The notes under the pieces: model-generated
What the model saw: the letters and a program-made list of their open reading frames with translations, nothing else
Databases searched by the model: none
Told to the model about the DNA's origin: nothing
Origin: Candidatus Moraniibacteriota bacterium
GTDB taxonomy: Bacteria > Patescibacteriota > Minisyncoccia > Moranbacterales > UBA1568
Assembly (NCBI GenBank): GCA_016182385.1
Contig: JACPGV010000002.1
Location: forward strand, 125,190-189,189
Reading direction: 5' to 3'
Length of the DNA stretch: 64,000 nt
Position numbers and translations under genes: made by a program
Part shown: one piece after another, positions 29,700 to 37,576 of the stretch
How the letters are laid out: every line of letters starts with the position of its first letter
Numbering within the stretch: the stretch's first letter is position 1

Positions 29700-29853
29700 T
29701 TTTGAGGAGAGAGGGATGCGAACGGACAGGAACGAGTAGCGAGCGAAGGCGAGCTAAATGAGTGTCGACGGATGCGCGTGAGCAAGCATTCGTCGTTGCC
29801 CCGGGCAACGAAGTCGTCAGCAGACGACGAGGCGGAAATCCCTCCCTGCCCAC
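29700..29853 (+). repeat. tRNA-linked structured repeat element, unit 1 (core GAGTAGCGAGCGAAGGCGAGCTAAATGAGTGTCGACGGATG...; ends with copy of tRNA-Tyr 3' end GAAATCCCTCCCTGCCCAC)
   Basis: Follows a hairpin terminator (29661-29692). 5' part is degenerate antisense of the T-arm (AGGGATGCGAACGG). Core is shared with the 61248-61391 copy. Confidence 0.7.
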
Positions 29854-29898
29854 AAAAAGCAAAATCCCGTGCCATCAAGACACGGGATTTTGCTTTTT

Positions 29899-29976
29899 GG
29901 GTAGGAGGAAGCCAACTGCTTGGCTTCCGAGAGGGGTGAGAATCTTTACCCGCCTTTGGCGGGCCTCCCTACCCAC
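29899..29976 (+). repeat. tRNA-like hairpin element, unit 2 of tandem (GGGTAGG...CCTACCCAC closing stem mimicking the tRNA-Tyr acceptor)
   Basis: Preceded by its own hairpin terminator (29854-29897). Perfect 7-bp terminal stem GGGTAGG/CCTACCC, internal hairpins GAAGCCAA-CTGC-TTGGCTTC and CCCGCC-TTTG-GGCGGG. Ends ...CCTCCCTACCCAC, resembling the tRNA-Tyr 3' end. Confidence 0.55.
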
Positions 29977-30066
29977 TGATCGACACAAAAGCGACTTGTC
30001 TCGCGCCGGGCATTTTTTTCTTTATGAGTTATAATGAAGAAACAGACTAAATTTTCGTTTAATTGA

Positions 30067-30726
30067 ATGAATAAAATAATGATTATGAAAAAAGTATTAG
30101 CAATGAGCTTGGTAGTGTTTGGTACGGTATTTTTGGCCGGATGTGGACAATGGCAAACAAGTCAGACACAGTTAACAACGCCGGCTCCTGTGGCACAACA
30201 ATCACCGATGGATTCTTCGGTTCCAACGCAGCCAACACTTCAGAAACAAGAAGTTCAAGATAAGACCGTGCCGGTTCCAAGCAACTGGACAACGTACACC
30301 GACTCCAGATATGGGTTTGAATTAAGATTACCAGGCGAACTAATCGAACAAATTTTTTTTGAAGGTTCGGTAACTGTTTCAGGAAAAACATACAAAACGA
30401 TTCAGTTGACGAATGTGGGCGCTAATGGGGAAAGCGTAAGGATTATTAAGGGATGGTCAAACCCCGCTATTGATCCGTATGGTAATAAGCAATACTCCAA
30501 TGAGCCACAAATTGCCTTAAGCGGAATAACGTGGAACGTGTTCTATAACCCAGAACAAGACTTGGCCGGTTGTGAGATGGCAACGTTTCAAACGCTGATG
30601 CCAAATGGAAACGACACGATTGTGGTTTACAAACATGATCCAACCGAATGCCCAGGTAATTCTGAAAAATCGCCGAGTATTGCTTTCCTCAAACAAGCGC
30701 TTTCTACTTTCAAGTTTACAAAATAA
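30067..30726 (+). CDS. hypothetical lipoprotein
   Basis: 219 aa; signal peptide with lipobox LAGC (MKKVLAMSLVVFGTVFLAGCGQ); no catalytic motif. Confidence 0.55.
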   Translation: MNKIMIMKKVLAMSLVVFGTVFLAGCGQWQTSQTQLTTPAPVAQQSPMDSSVPTQPTLQKQEVQDKTVPVPSNWTTYTDSRYGFELRLPGELIEQIFFEGSVTVSGKTYKTIQLTNVGANGESVRIIKGWSNPAIDPYGNKQYSNEPQIALSGITWNVFYNPEQDLAGCEMATFQTLMPNGNDTIVVYKHDPTECPGNSEKSPSIAFLKQALSTFKFTK

Positions 30727-30851
30727 GGCCGTCAAAACCCTTTCTTATTAGGAGTGGTGATTTTTATTTTTTCACTCTAGACTTTTTGTAAAAAAACGCT
30801 AGAATAAGAAAAGTCTCAACGAATAGTTGAGGCTCGTATTTTTGAAAATAA

Positions 30852-30924
30852 GCCGTTGTAGCTCAGCTGGTAGAGCACCACCATGGTAAGGTGGGGGTCA
30901 CCGGTTCAATCCCGGTCAACGGCT
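30852..30924 (+). tRNA. tRNA-Thr (anticodon GGT)
   Basis: Acceptor GCCGTTG/CAACGGC, anticodon loop ATGGTAA, T-arm GGTTCAATCC. Confidence 0.85.
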
Positions 30925-30949
30925 CAGAAATGACTTCAAGTCTGGTTTT

Positions 30950-31093
30950 TTGGAAGGTAAGAAAAAGCGGAGAAGGGGATTGAACGGGGAAGGGGTCGGG
31001 AAACGGGAGTTTCCTGTTCGGGGTGACAGCGCATCGCCAGAGGGCGGAAGCCCTATGGAGAGCGAAGCGAGTGAAATCCGAGTCAACGGCTCA
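30950..31093 (+). repeat. tRNA-linked structured repeat element (contains GGGGATTGAACGGGG antisense T-arm piece and GAGAGCGAAGCGAG core; ends with GAAATCCGAGTCAACGGCTCA, a copy of the tRNA-Thr 3' end)
   Basis: Direct comparison with the tRNA-Thr(GGT) 3' end (AATCCCGGTCAACGGCTCA). GC-rich, no coding potential; ORF 30950-31198 in the track is a spurious translation of this element. Confidence 0.65.
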
Positions 31094-31184
31094 AAAAGGA
31101 CGGAAAACCAAGGTTTGGTGTTGACGAAAAACGATTTTTCCCGTACAGTGAAAAAGCTTTGTAAATCGTTTGAAGGTTGGAATT

Positions 31185-31346
31185 ATGGGACAAATTAAGG
31201 ATACGTTGGCAAAAATGAAATGTTCCGCTTGCGGACGTATTACGCATTACACTAAACGGAACAAGAAAAAGGTAAAGGAAAAGCTCGAGCTCTCCAAATA
31301 CTGCCGTTTTTGCAAGAAGAACGTGACACACACCGAGAGCAAATAG
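31185..31346 (+). CDS. rpmG: 50S ribosomal protein L33
   Basis: Not in the ORF track (53 aa): MGQIKDTLAKMKCSACGRITHYTKRNKKKVKEKLELSKYCRFCKKNVTHTESK; C..C...Y.T.KN...LEL.KYC..C..H.H.E.K signature of L33. TTGACG-17-TACAGT promoter about 50 nt upstream; conserved rpmG-tRNA-Trp synteny. Confidence 0.8.
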   Translation: MGQIKDTLAKMKCSACGRITHYTKRNKKKVKEKLELSKYCRFCKKNVTHTESK

Positions 31347-31392
31347 CTCTCGGTTTTGGTATACTGTAGAGGTGATTAAAAAATGAGAAAAT

Positions 31393-31463
31393 GGGGGTGT
31401 CGTATAATGGTAGTACAAGGGTCTCCAAAACCCTTTGCGTGGGTTCGATTCCTACCACCCCTG
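31393..31463 (+). tRNA. tRNA-Trp (anticodon CCA)
   Basis: Anticodon loop CTCCAAA, T-arm GTGGGTTCGATTCCTAC, acceptor with G:U at pair 1-72; 3-bp D stem. Confidence 0.75.
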
Positions 31464-31477
31464 CGGAATTGTTTTTT

Positions 31478-31549
31478 GGCCCCATCGTCTATCGGCTAGG
31501 ACATCAGGTTCTCATCCTGAAAAGAGGGGTTCGATTCCCCTTGGGGCTA
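31478..31549 (+). tRNA. tRNA-Glu (anticodon CTC)
   Basis: Acceptor GGCCCCA/TGGGGCT, anticodon stem TCAGG/CCTGA with loop TTCTCAT, T-arm AGGGGTTCGATTCCCCT. Confidence 0.8.
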
Positions 31550-31703
31550 CAGATTAACCAAAACCTCCAGGAATCATCATGGAGGTTTTGGTTTATGTAT
31601 CTAGGGGGAATCGAAGGGCGCGAGTAGAATCTGAGCGAGCGAGGATTCTGTGTGTAGCGCCCAGGCTCCGAGTCGGAGCGAGGAGGATTCCCCTTGGGGC
31701 TAC
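31550..31703 (+). repeat. tRNA-linked structured repeat element (bidirectional terminator hairpin AAAACCTCCA-GGAATCATCA-TGGAGGTTTT; antisense T-arm piece GGGGGAATCGAAGG; core GAGTAGAATCTGAGCGAGCGAGGATTCTG; ends with GGATTCCCCTTGGGGCTAC, a copy of the tRNA-Glu 3' end)
   Basis: Near-identical second copy at 61046-61199 behind tRNA-Glu(TTC); the hairpin loop is reverse-complemented between the copies. Confidence 0.75.
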
Positions 31704-31830
31704 AGGTATTAATAAAAATCACCCTTCTTTTTAGAGGGAGTGATTTTTATTGGGATTTTTCGTACTGACTTGACAGGAGCAGATAATTTTCCTATAAAGC
31801 TATTTCAGCACTTTAATAGGAGGAAGTGTC

Positions 31831-32490
31831 ATGAAAGTTCTTTTTTGTATTTTTTTGTTTTTGTTTCAGGGCGTTTCATTCGCTCAGAGCATTTCGCTTG
31901 AAGGAGGGTCGTTGATTGTTCCCTCCCGGTATCCCTACGCTGATAAGCCCTTGGTGACGGGCCCTGTTGTGGTTAGTTGCCACAATAGCGACTGCCGATA
32001 TGTGATAAAGCAAAAGAAGGGCTTTAAAGACGCCGGAGCGCTAGTGTTTGAAAGCGTTTCGGGTGGTTTCGGATGGTATGGAATTCTCGGTAGTTTTGAA
32101 CATTCCTCCCTCGTTGTTAATGAGAATATCCCGCCAGTCTGTGGTGTTAGAGGTGGCTGTATGCGTCTTCCGAGTCATTTTTCTGTCGTTAAAAAGGAGC
32201 GGCAGATATATGGAGGCGTGGGAATCTCGTATCATCAGAGTTTGACCAAGCAGGTAAATATCGTTTGGCAACTTGGGGTAGCAGGGAACGTGAACAGGGA
32301 TAAAGAATTATTCGCTACCCGGCACCAATTCCAGCTTGCTATAAAGGGAGAATACAAGCTGGATCGTCATGTTGGTATCGTGGCGGGGTATACGCACTCT
32401 TCCAATGGATACGATTTACGCATCCCGGGAAGTAAAAGACCGAACGCGGCAGTAGAGCGTCTGTCGTTCGGGATGCGCTACACGTTTTGA
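31831..32490 (+). CDS. secreted beta-barrel-like protein, possibly PagL-like lipid A deacylase fold (His-x-Ser-Asn-Gly motif, C-terminal aromatic residue)
   Basis: 219 aa; signal peptide; alternating-hydrophobic beta strands; AGYTHSSNGYD resembles the PagL HxSNG catalytic motif; ends ...GMRYTF like OM beta-barrels. Confidence 0.45.
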   Translation: MKVLFCIFLFLFQGVSFAQSISLEGGSLIVPSRYPYADKPLVTGPVVVSCHNSDCRYVIKQKKGFKDAGALVFESVSGGFGWYGILGSFEHSSLVVNENIPPVCGVRGGCMRLPSHFSVVKKERQIYGGVGISYHQSLTKQVNIVWQLGVAGNVNRDKELFATRHQFQLAIKGEYKLDRHVGIVAGYTHSSNGYDLRIPGSKRPNAAVERLSFGMRYTF

Positions 32491-32599
32491 TTTTTGACTG
32501 CCTTGAGCAGTCTTTTTTTTGTCGAAATACGGATTTGCGTATAGTAAGGCTTTGATTGTGTGAGGTGTGCTAAAATATATTTGTTTAATATTATCTTTT

Positions 32600-33313
32600 A
32601 TGTCTACCCTTATTTTCGATATTGAGACTGTCGGGGAGGATTTTGATTCTCTCGACGAAACGAGCCAAGACGTGCTCACACGTTGGATCAAGAAGGAATC
32701 TGAAAGCGGAGAGAGCTACACGACGGCTTTGGGCGATCTGAAGAACGGAATGGGCTTTTCGCCGCTTACGGGATCTATCATCACTATTGGGATGTATGAT
32801 GGCGAGCGGGGACGTGGCGCAGTGTATTATCAATCCTCGCCCGGTAGGGAAGACAAGAACTTCGAAGAAGACGTCTATAAGTTCGAAGTGATGACGGAAG
32901 AGGAAATGCTTCGGAAATTCTGGGACGTGGTGGAAAAGTATGATACGTTTGTCACCTTCAATGGTCGTCAGTTCGATGTACCGTTTCTCATGGTGCGTTC
33001 GGCGATTCACGGTATCCGTCCGACAAAAAACCTTCTCGCCAATCGTTATCTCAACTATCATCCGCAGAACGCGCGGCATATCGATCTGTATGATCAGCTC
33101 ACATTCTACGGGGCGATGCGGAAGAAAGGGAGTCTTCATCTTTGGTGTCGGGCATTTGATATTGAAAGCCCCAAGGCACAGGGTGTCGACGGCGATGATG
33201 TGAAGACGCTTTTTGACCGGGGTCAGAGCGCGGATGTCGCTCGTTACAATTCCCGTGATCTCAAGGCCACGTACGAACTCTATCGAAAGTATGTAGATTA
33301 CCTGCAGTTCTAA
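32600..33313 (+). CDS. RNase H-like fold 3'-5' exonuclease domain protein (DEDD family, YprB-like)
   Basis: Start placed at MSTLIFDIETVG (Exo I motif DxE); ...VTFNGRQFDVPFL (Exo II), HIDLYD (Exo III-like). Confidence 0.55.
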   Translation: MSTLIFDIETVGEDFDSLDETSQDVLTRWIKKESESGESYTTALGDLKNGMGFSPLTGSIITIGMYDGERGRGAVYYQSSPGREDKNFEEDVYKFEVMTEEEMLRKFWDVVEKYDTFVTFNGRQFDVPFLMVRSAIHGIRPTKNLLANRYLNYHPQNARHIDLYDQLTFYGAMRKKGSLHLWCRAFDIESPKAQGVDGDDVKTLFDRGQSADVARYNSRDLKATYELYRKYVDYLQF

Positions 33314-33384
33314 TTATCCCTTGTTTTCAGTATTTTTTCCTGCTATACTCTCGACTATACATTTCGGTTTTTTTCAAGAAAACT

Positions 33385-34461
33385 ATGGGAATTGAAGACG
33401 AATTAAAGGTATTTAAAGCGCGTCTCGATAAGAAGATTGAGGCTCATTTTTCCTCGGTTATACAAGAAACAAAAAAGGAGGACGAGTTTGTCGCTTCTAC
33501 TTTGGAGTACGCAAAGGAGATGTTGCTTGGTGGTGGTAAACGACTGAGGGCCGCCTTTATGTATCATGGATATTTGGGCGCTGGTGGGAGAGAGGAAGAA
33601 AAGATCCTTTTGGCATCGATGAGTATTGAATATATACATCTTTTTCTTTTGGTACATGACGACATCATCGATCGGGATGATCAGCGCCATGGCTTTGAGA
33701 CGCTTCATCGATATTATGCCAATAAAGGAAAATATCTTTTTCCAAAAAAAGACACAGAACACTTTGGTAATGCCATGGCGATTATTGTCGGAGATGTTTT
33801 GAGCGCTTTAGGTAATGACATTATTTTTCGTTCAGATTTTCCTTTGGAGAAAAAATTCGCCGCACTTTCCAAGCTGCAAAATATTATTTCGTATACCGTT
33901 ATCGGACAAACGCGGGATGTATATATGGAATATTTAGGGAAAGCGAGCGAGGAAGAAATTCTTGCCATGTATAAAAATAAGACTGCCAAATATACCGTTG
34001 AGGGGCCGCTTCACCTCGGAGCTCTTTTGGCGGGAGCCGATGAAGCGCTTCTGGAAAAATTTTCCGCTTACGCGATACCACTCGGTATTGCTTTTCAGAT
34101 ACAGGATGATATTTTGGGTATTTTTGGAGATGAACAACGTTTGGGAAAGCCGGTCGGGTCGGACATCAAGGAAGGGAAAATTACCCTTTTGGTGACGAAG
34201 GCTCTGCACAGGGGATCGGCGGTAGAGCAAAAACGCATTCGAGAGATTCTTTCTTTGGGGGAACGTCTTACAAGAGATGATATCGTGGAATTTCGTGGTT
34301 TGATAGAAAAAACCGGCGCTCTCGATGCCACAAAAAAACTGGCGCTTGAATATATAGAGAAAGGAAAGGAGACTTTAGAAGGTTTGCGCGGCACGCTTAA
34401 GGAACCGTCATGGAAATTTCTTTCTGATATTGCTTTGTATATGTGTCAACGAAAATATTAA
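33385..34461 (+). CDS. polyprenyl diphosphate synthase (trans-isoprenyl diphosphate synthase; GGPP/FPP synthase family)
   Basis: 358 aa; first Asp-rich motif LLVHDDIIDRDDQRHG and second FQIQDDILG; GKRLRA chain-length region. Confidence 0.8.
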   Translation: MGIEDELKVFKARLDKKIEAHFSSVIQETKKEDEFVASTLEYAKEMLLGGGKRLRAAFMYHGYLGAGGREEEKILLASMSIEYIHLFLLVHDDIIDRDDQRHGFETLHRYYANKGKYLFPKKDTEHFGNAMAIIVGDVLSALGNDIIFRSDFPLEKKFAALSKLQNIISYTVIGQTRDVYMEYLGKASEEEILAMYKNKTAKYTVEGPLHLGALLAGADEALLEKFSAYAIPLGIAFQIQDDILGIFGDEQRLGKPVGSDIKEGKITLLVTKALHRGSAVEQKRIREILSLGERLTRDDIVEFRGLIEKTGALDATKKLALEYIEKGKETLEGLRGTLKEPSWKFLSDIALYMCQRKY

Positions 34462-34472
34462 TTTTTTCTATT

Positions 34473-35192
34473 ATGTCCCAAACAGAAGAAAAAGATTTTA
34501 TCCCTCGGCATGTGGTGATTATTCCTGATGGAAATCGTCGCTTTGCTTCCGAAAGAGGATGGGAGCCATGGGAAGGGCATGAGGCTGGAGCAAAAAATAC
34601 GGAAAAAATTGTTAAAGAAGCTCGACGTTTGGGTATTCGGGAACTTTCTTTTTGGGGATCGTCGCTTGAAAATTTGAGCAAGCGACCATTTGCCGAGAGT
34701 CAAGCGCTTCTCCGTATCTACGAAACCTATTTTAAGAAAATACTTACCGGGGAAGATATTCATAAGGATCAAGTACGTATTCGTTGTATTGGTCGTTGGG
34801 AGGAACAATTTCCTGAATCTTTAAAGAAAACAATCGCTGAATGTTTGCAGGTAACCAAAGGATACGACAAATTTTCCCTTAATTTTTTCCTGGCTTATTC
34901 CGGAGATGATGAAATGCGAGAGGCCTTTGAAAAAGTGGCTATGCGTCTTGAGCCGGGAAAGAAAGTGACAAACGAGATGATAAAGCAAAATCTTATGACA
35001 CGTGAGTTGCCACCAGTCGATCTCCTCATCCGTACGGGAGGGGAGCCACATTTATCGGCGGGGTTTATGATGTGGGATATTGCCAATACACAGTTGTATT
35101 TTTCAGAAAAATATTACCCTGATTTTGACGAAAAAGCTTTTGAAGAGGCTCTTTTGGAATATGCCGCCCGAGGGCGTCGTTTTGGAAAATAG
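34473..35192 (+). CDS. uppS: undecaprenyl diphosphate synthase (cis-prenyltransferase)
   Basis: Start at MSQTEEKDFIPRHVVIIPDGNRRFA (UppS HxAIIMDGNxRWA box), ...ELSFWGSSLENLSKR, C-terminal RRFG. Confidence 0.85.
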   Translation: MSQTEEKDFIPRHVVIIPDGNRRFASERGWEPWEGHEAGAKNTEKIVKEARRLGIRELSFWGSSLENLSKRPFAESQALLRIYETYFKKILTGEDIHKDQVRIRCIGRWEEQFPESLKKTIAECLQVTKGYDKFSLNFFLAYSGDDEMREAFEKVAMRLEPGKKVTNEMIKQNLMTRELPPVDLLIRTGGEPHLSAGFMMWDIANTQLYFSEKYYPDFDEKAFEEALLEYAARGRRFGK

Positions 35193-35232
35193 CCCTTTTT
35201 TCTTGTTAAAAATAGGAACCGTATTTTTGGGT

Positions 35233-35261
35233 TTGACAATATTTTAATCTTCCTCTACAAT
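35233..35261 (+). promoter_or_regulatory. sigma70-like promoter TTGACA-17-TACAAT upstream of infA
   Basis: Exact -35 TTGACA (35233-35238), 17-nt spacer, -10 TACAAT (35256-35261); about 165 nt before the infA ATG. Confidence 0.55.
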
Positions 35262-35427
35262 ACAGGGTACATTTTGAAAAACTGCATAGAAAGCGGAAAA
35301 GAGAGGGTTTGCAAGAACGCGTTTCAGGAACGAGGAAAGAATTGCTTACCAGACGAAGACTTCTCTATTTTTTTGTTGTTAGATGATATTCTCTTTTTTG
35401 TTTTTCAGCCGTTTCCAAAAGTACTCT

Positions 35428-35649
35428 ATGGCAAATAATAAGGAACTGATTCGTGTTGAGGGAGAGGTAATAGAAACTTTACCGAGTACCACATTTCGTG
35501 TTCGTCTTGATAACGGCCATGAAGTTCTCGCTCATATTTCCGGTCGGATGCGAGTGCATTATATCCGCCTTCTTCCCGGGGATCGAGTTACTTTGGAGAT
35601 GAGTCCCTACGATCTTTCCAAAGGAAGAATCGTGCAGAGAATGAAATAA
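35428..35649 (+). CDS. infA: translation initiation factor IF-1
   Basis: 73 aa [73 protein letters not shown]; canonical S1-like IF-1. Confidence 0.9.
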   Translation: MANNKELIRVEGEVIETLPSTTFRVRLDNGHEVLAHISGRMRVHYIRLLPGDRVTLEMSPYDLSKGRIVQRMK

Positions 35650-35736
35650 AATGTTCCTCTTACAATATACGCGGAGAAGCGCGAGGGAGAAGGTTCGTAT
35701 ATTGGTAAAATTTGTAAAATTCCAAGTCATCATTAT

Positions 35737-35850
35737 ATGAAGGTACGTGCCTCAATCAAAAAAATTTGTGCTCATTGCAAAATCGTGAAGCGCCGAGGGG
35801 TGCTCTATGTTATTTGTGTGAATCCCAAGCACAAACAGCGCCAAGGTTAA
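35737..35850 (+). CDS. rpmJ: 50S ribosomal protein L36
   Basis: Not in the ORF track: [37 protein letters not shown] (C..C...C...H zinc ribbon of L36); infA-rpmJ-rpsM synteny. Confidence 0.85.
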   Translation: MKVRASIKKICAHCKIVKRRGVLYVICVNPKHKQRQG

Positions 35851-35925
35851 ACGGTTTTGGTTTCGTGGTATGGAGTGAGCAAAAGAGAGGCTCCAAACCA
35901 ATAGCAAACAACTAAAAATTACACT

Positions 35926-36315
35926 ATGATTCGTATCGCCGGTATCAACATCCCTGATAATAAGAGAATTGAAGTCGCATTGACATATATTTATGGCATT
36001 GGTTTGCCGACGAGTCAGAAAATTCTTCGGGAGCTTGATATTGATGCTGATATACGGACAAAAGATATTCCTAATGAAGTAGCGAACCGTTTGCGTGAAG
36101 CTATCGAGAAGAAGCATCGGGTTGAAGGGGAGCTTCGCCATGTTGTCAAACAAAACATCAAACGCTTGAAAGAAATCGGTTGTTATAGGGGAACTCGTCA
36201 TCAGAAAGGACTTCCTTGCCGTGGTCAGCGCACCAAGACCAATACGCGTACTATCCGCGGGAATGTGCGTAAGACTATGGGCAGTGGTCGTAAGAAGGCG
36301 TCGGATAAGACATAA
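35926..36315 (+). CDS. rpsM: 30S ribosomal protein S13
   Basis: MIRIAGINIPDNKRIEVALTYIYGIG...; 129 aa. Confidence 0.9.
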   Translation: MIRIAGINIPDNKRIEVALTYIYGIGLPTSQKILRELDIDADIRTKDIPNEVANRLREAIEKKHRVEGELRHVVKQNIKRLKEIGCYRGTRHQKGLPCRGQRTKTNTRTIRGNVRKTMGSGRKKASDKT

Positions 36316-36411
36316 AATGAAGTTTTATAGCTCCCGATAAACCCCCGAAGAATATTTTGGAGTTATGCCGGAAGCGAGAAATTGAAAGCTAACAGCTATT
36401 AAGTGTACTTT

Positions 36412-36840
36412 ATGGAAGAAACAGTGAAGACAACTGAAACTACGGAAGCCTCTGAGGCGACAGCCGCAAAAAAGACGAAGAAGTCAAAGCGGCAAATTCT
36501 CAAAGGAAGAGTGAGTATTCAGTGTACCTATAACAACACCATTATTACTATTGCCGATATGAACGGTGCTGTTTTGGGATGGTCTAGCTCTGGCCATTTG
36601 AGTTTCAAGGGTGCAAAAAAATCCACTCCTTATGCTGCTACCCAAGTGGTTGCCGACGTATCGGAGAAGGTGAAGAAATACGGTTTGCAGGAATTGGAAG
36701 TTTTTGTAAAAGGTGTGGGGAGTGGTCGCGAGGCGTCTATTCGCGCTTTGGTAAATAACGGTTTTAATTTAACGACGATTAAGGATATCACTCCTATTCC
36801 TCATAATGGTTGTCGTCCACGTCGTCCACGTCGTATTTAA
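36412..36840 (+). CDS. rpsK: 30S ribosomal protein S11
   Basis: GRVSIQCTYNNTIITIADMNGAVLGWSSSGHLSFKGAKKSTPYAA... S11 core; N-terminal T/A/K-rich extension; start 36403 or 36412. Confidence 0.85.
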   Translation: MEETVKTTETTEASEATAAKKTKKSKRQILKGRVSIQCTYNNTIITIADMNGAVLGWSSSGHLSFKGAKKSTPYAATQVVADVSEKVKKYGLQELEVFVKGVGSGREASIRALVNNGFNLTTIKDITPIPHNGCRPRRPRRI

Positions 36841-36852
36841 TGGAATTGGTAT

Positions 36853-37485
36853 ATGGCTAATAATCTTGATGCAAAATGTAGGCTTTGTCGTCGTTCCGGA
36901 GAGAAACTTTTTCTCAAGGGAGATCGTTGTCTGTCGCCAAAGTGCGCTATGGTTCGTCGACCGTATGCTCCTGGTATTCATGGTCATACGCCTTCGCGTG
37001 GTGGAAGTGAATTCGGAAGACAGCTCGCGATGAAACAAAAGATCAAGCGATTGTACGGAGTCATGGAGCGGCAATTTCGTCATCATTTTGATGAGGTGCG
37101 AAAGACACCGGGTATTACCGGAGACCAGCTTCTTTCTCGCTTGGAACGTCGTTTGGATAATGTCGTGTATCGATTGGGTTTCGCGGCTTCTCGGAGCCAG
37201 GCAAAACAACTTGTTTCGCACAAGATGTTTGAAATAAACGGAAAACGCGTGAACATACCCTCTTTTGAAGTACGCGTTGGTGATGTGATTGTTCTCAAAG
37301 AAAACAAGAAAGAAAAACAATTTTTCAAAACACAATCGGAAATTTTGAAAAATAAGAAGGATGTGCCTCATTGGCTGGAACTTGATGCGGAAAAACTTTC
37401 CGGGAAGGTCTTGGCTATGCCTGGTCGTGACGATGTTGGTGTTCGAGTTGATGCTCAGATGGTTGTCGAATATTATTCCAAGTAA
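36853..37485 (+). CDS. rpsD: 30S ribosomal protein S4
   Basis: MANNLDAKCRLCRRSGEKLFLKGDRCLSPKC zinc ribbon and S4 domain (RLDNVVYRLGFAASRSQAKQLVSH). Confidence 0.9.
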   Translation: MANNLDAKCRLCRRSGEKLFLKGDRCLSPKCAMVRRPYAPGIHGHTPSRGGSEFGRQLAMKQKIKRLYGVMERQFRHHFDEVRKTPGITGDQLLSRLERRLDNVVYRLGFAASRSQAKQLVSHKMFEINGKRVNIPSFEVRVGDVIVLKENKKEKQFFKTQSEILKNKKDVPHWLELDAEKLSGKVLAMPGRDDVGVRVDAQMVVEYYSK

Positions 37486-37576
37486 TTTTTTAATTAATAC
37501 GTAAGTGCCTAACATGTTTCCGGTGAAAGGTTATTGACAAAGGGGTCCGACCGTTCATCCGAAACTAAAAAATGGT

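Noticed and set aside
29585-29878. 97-aa minus-strand ORF overlapping tRNA-Tyr and the repeat element
   Set aside because: It overlaps a confident tRNA and structured repeats; artefact of GC-rich sequence.
30950-31198. 82-aa ORF (MEGKKKRRRGLNGEGVGK...) on the plus strand
   Set aside because: It lies entirely inside the GC-rich tRNA-Thr trailer repeat element and the rpmG promoter. It has no SD and its composition is driven by the repeat. The real small gene here is rpmG at 31185-31346.
29651-31710. Possible CRISPR array, since repeats are interspersed with unique sequence
   Set aside because: The repeats are tied to tRNA 3' ends, vary in length (about 80-160 nt), are not regularly spaced, have no short direct repeat-spacer periodicity, and no cas genes are nearby.
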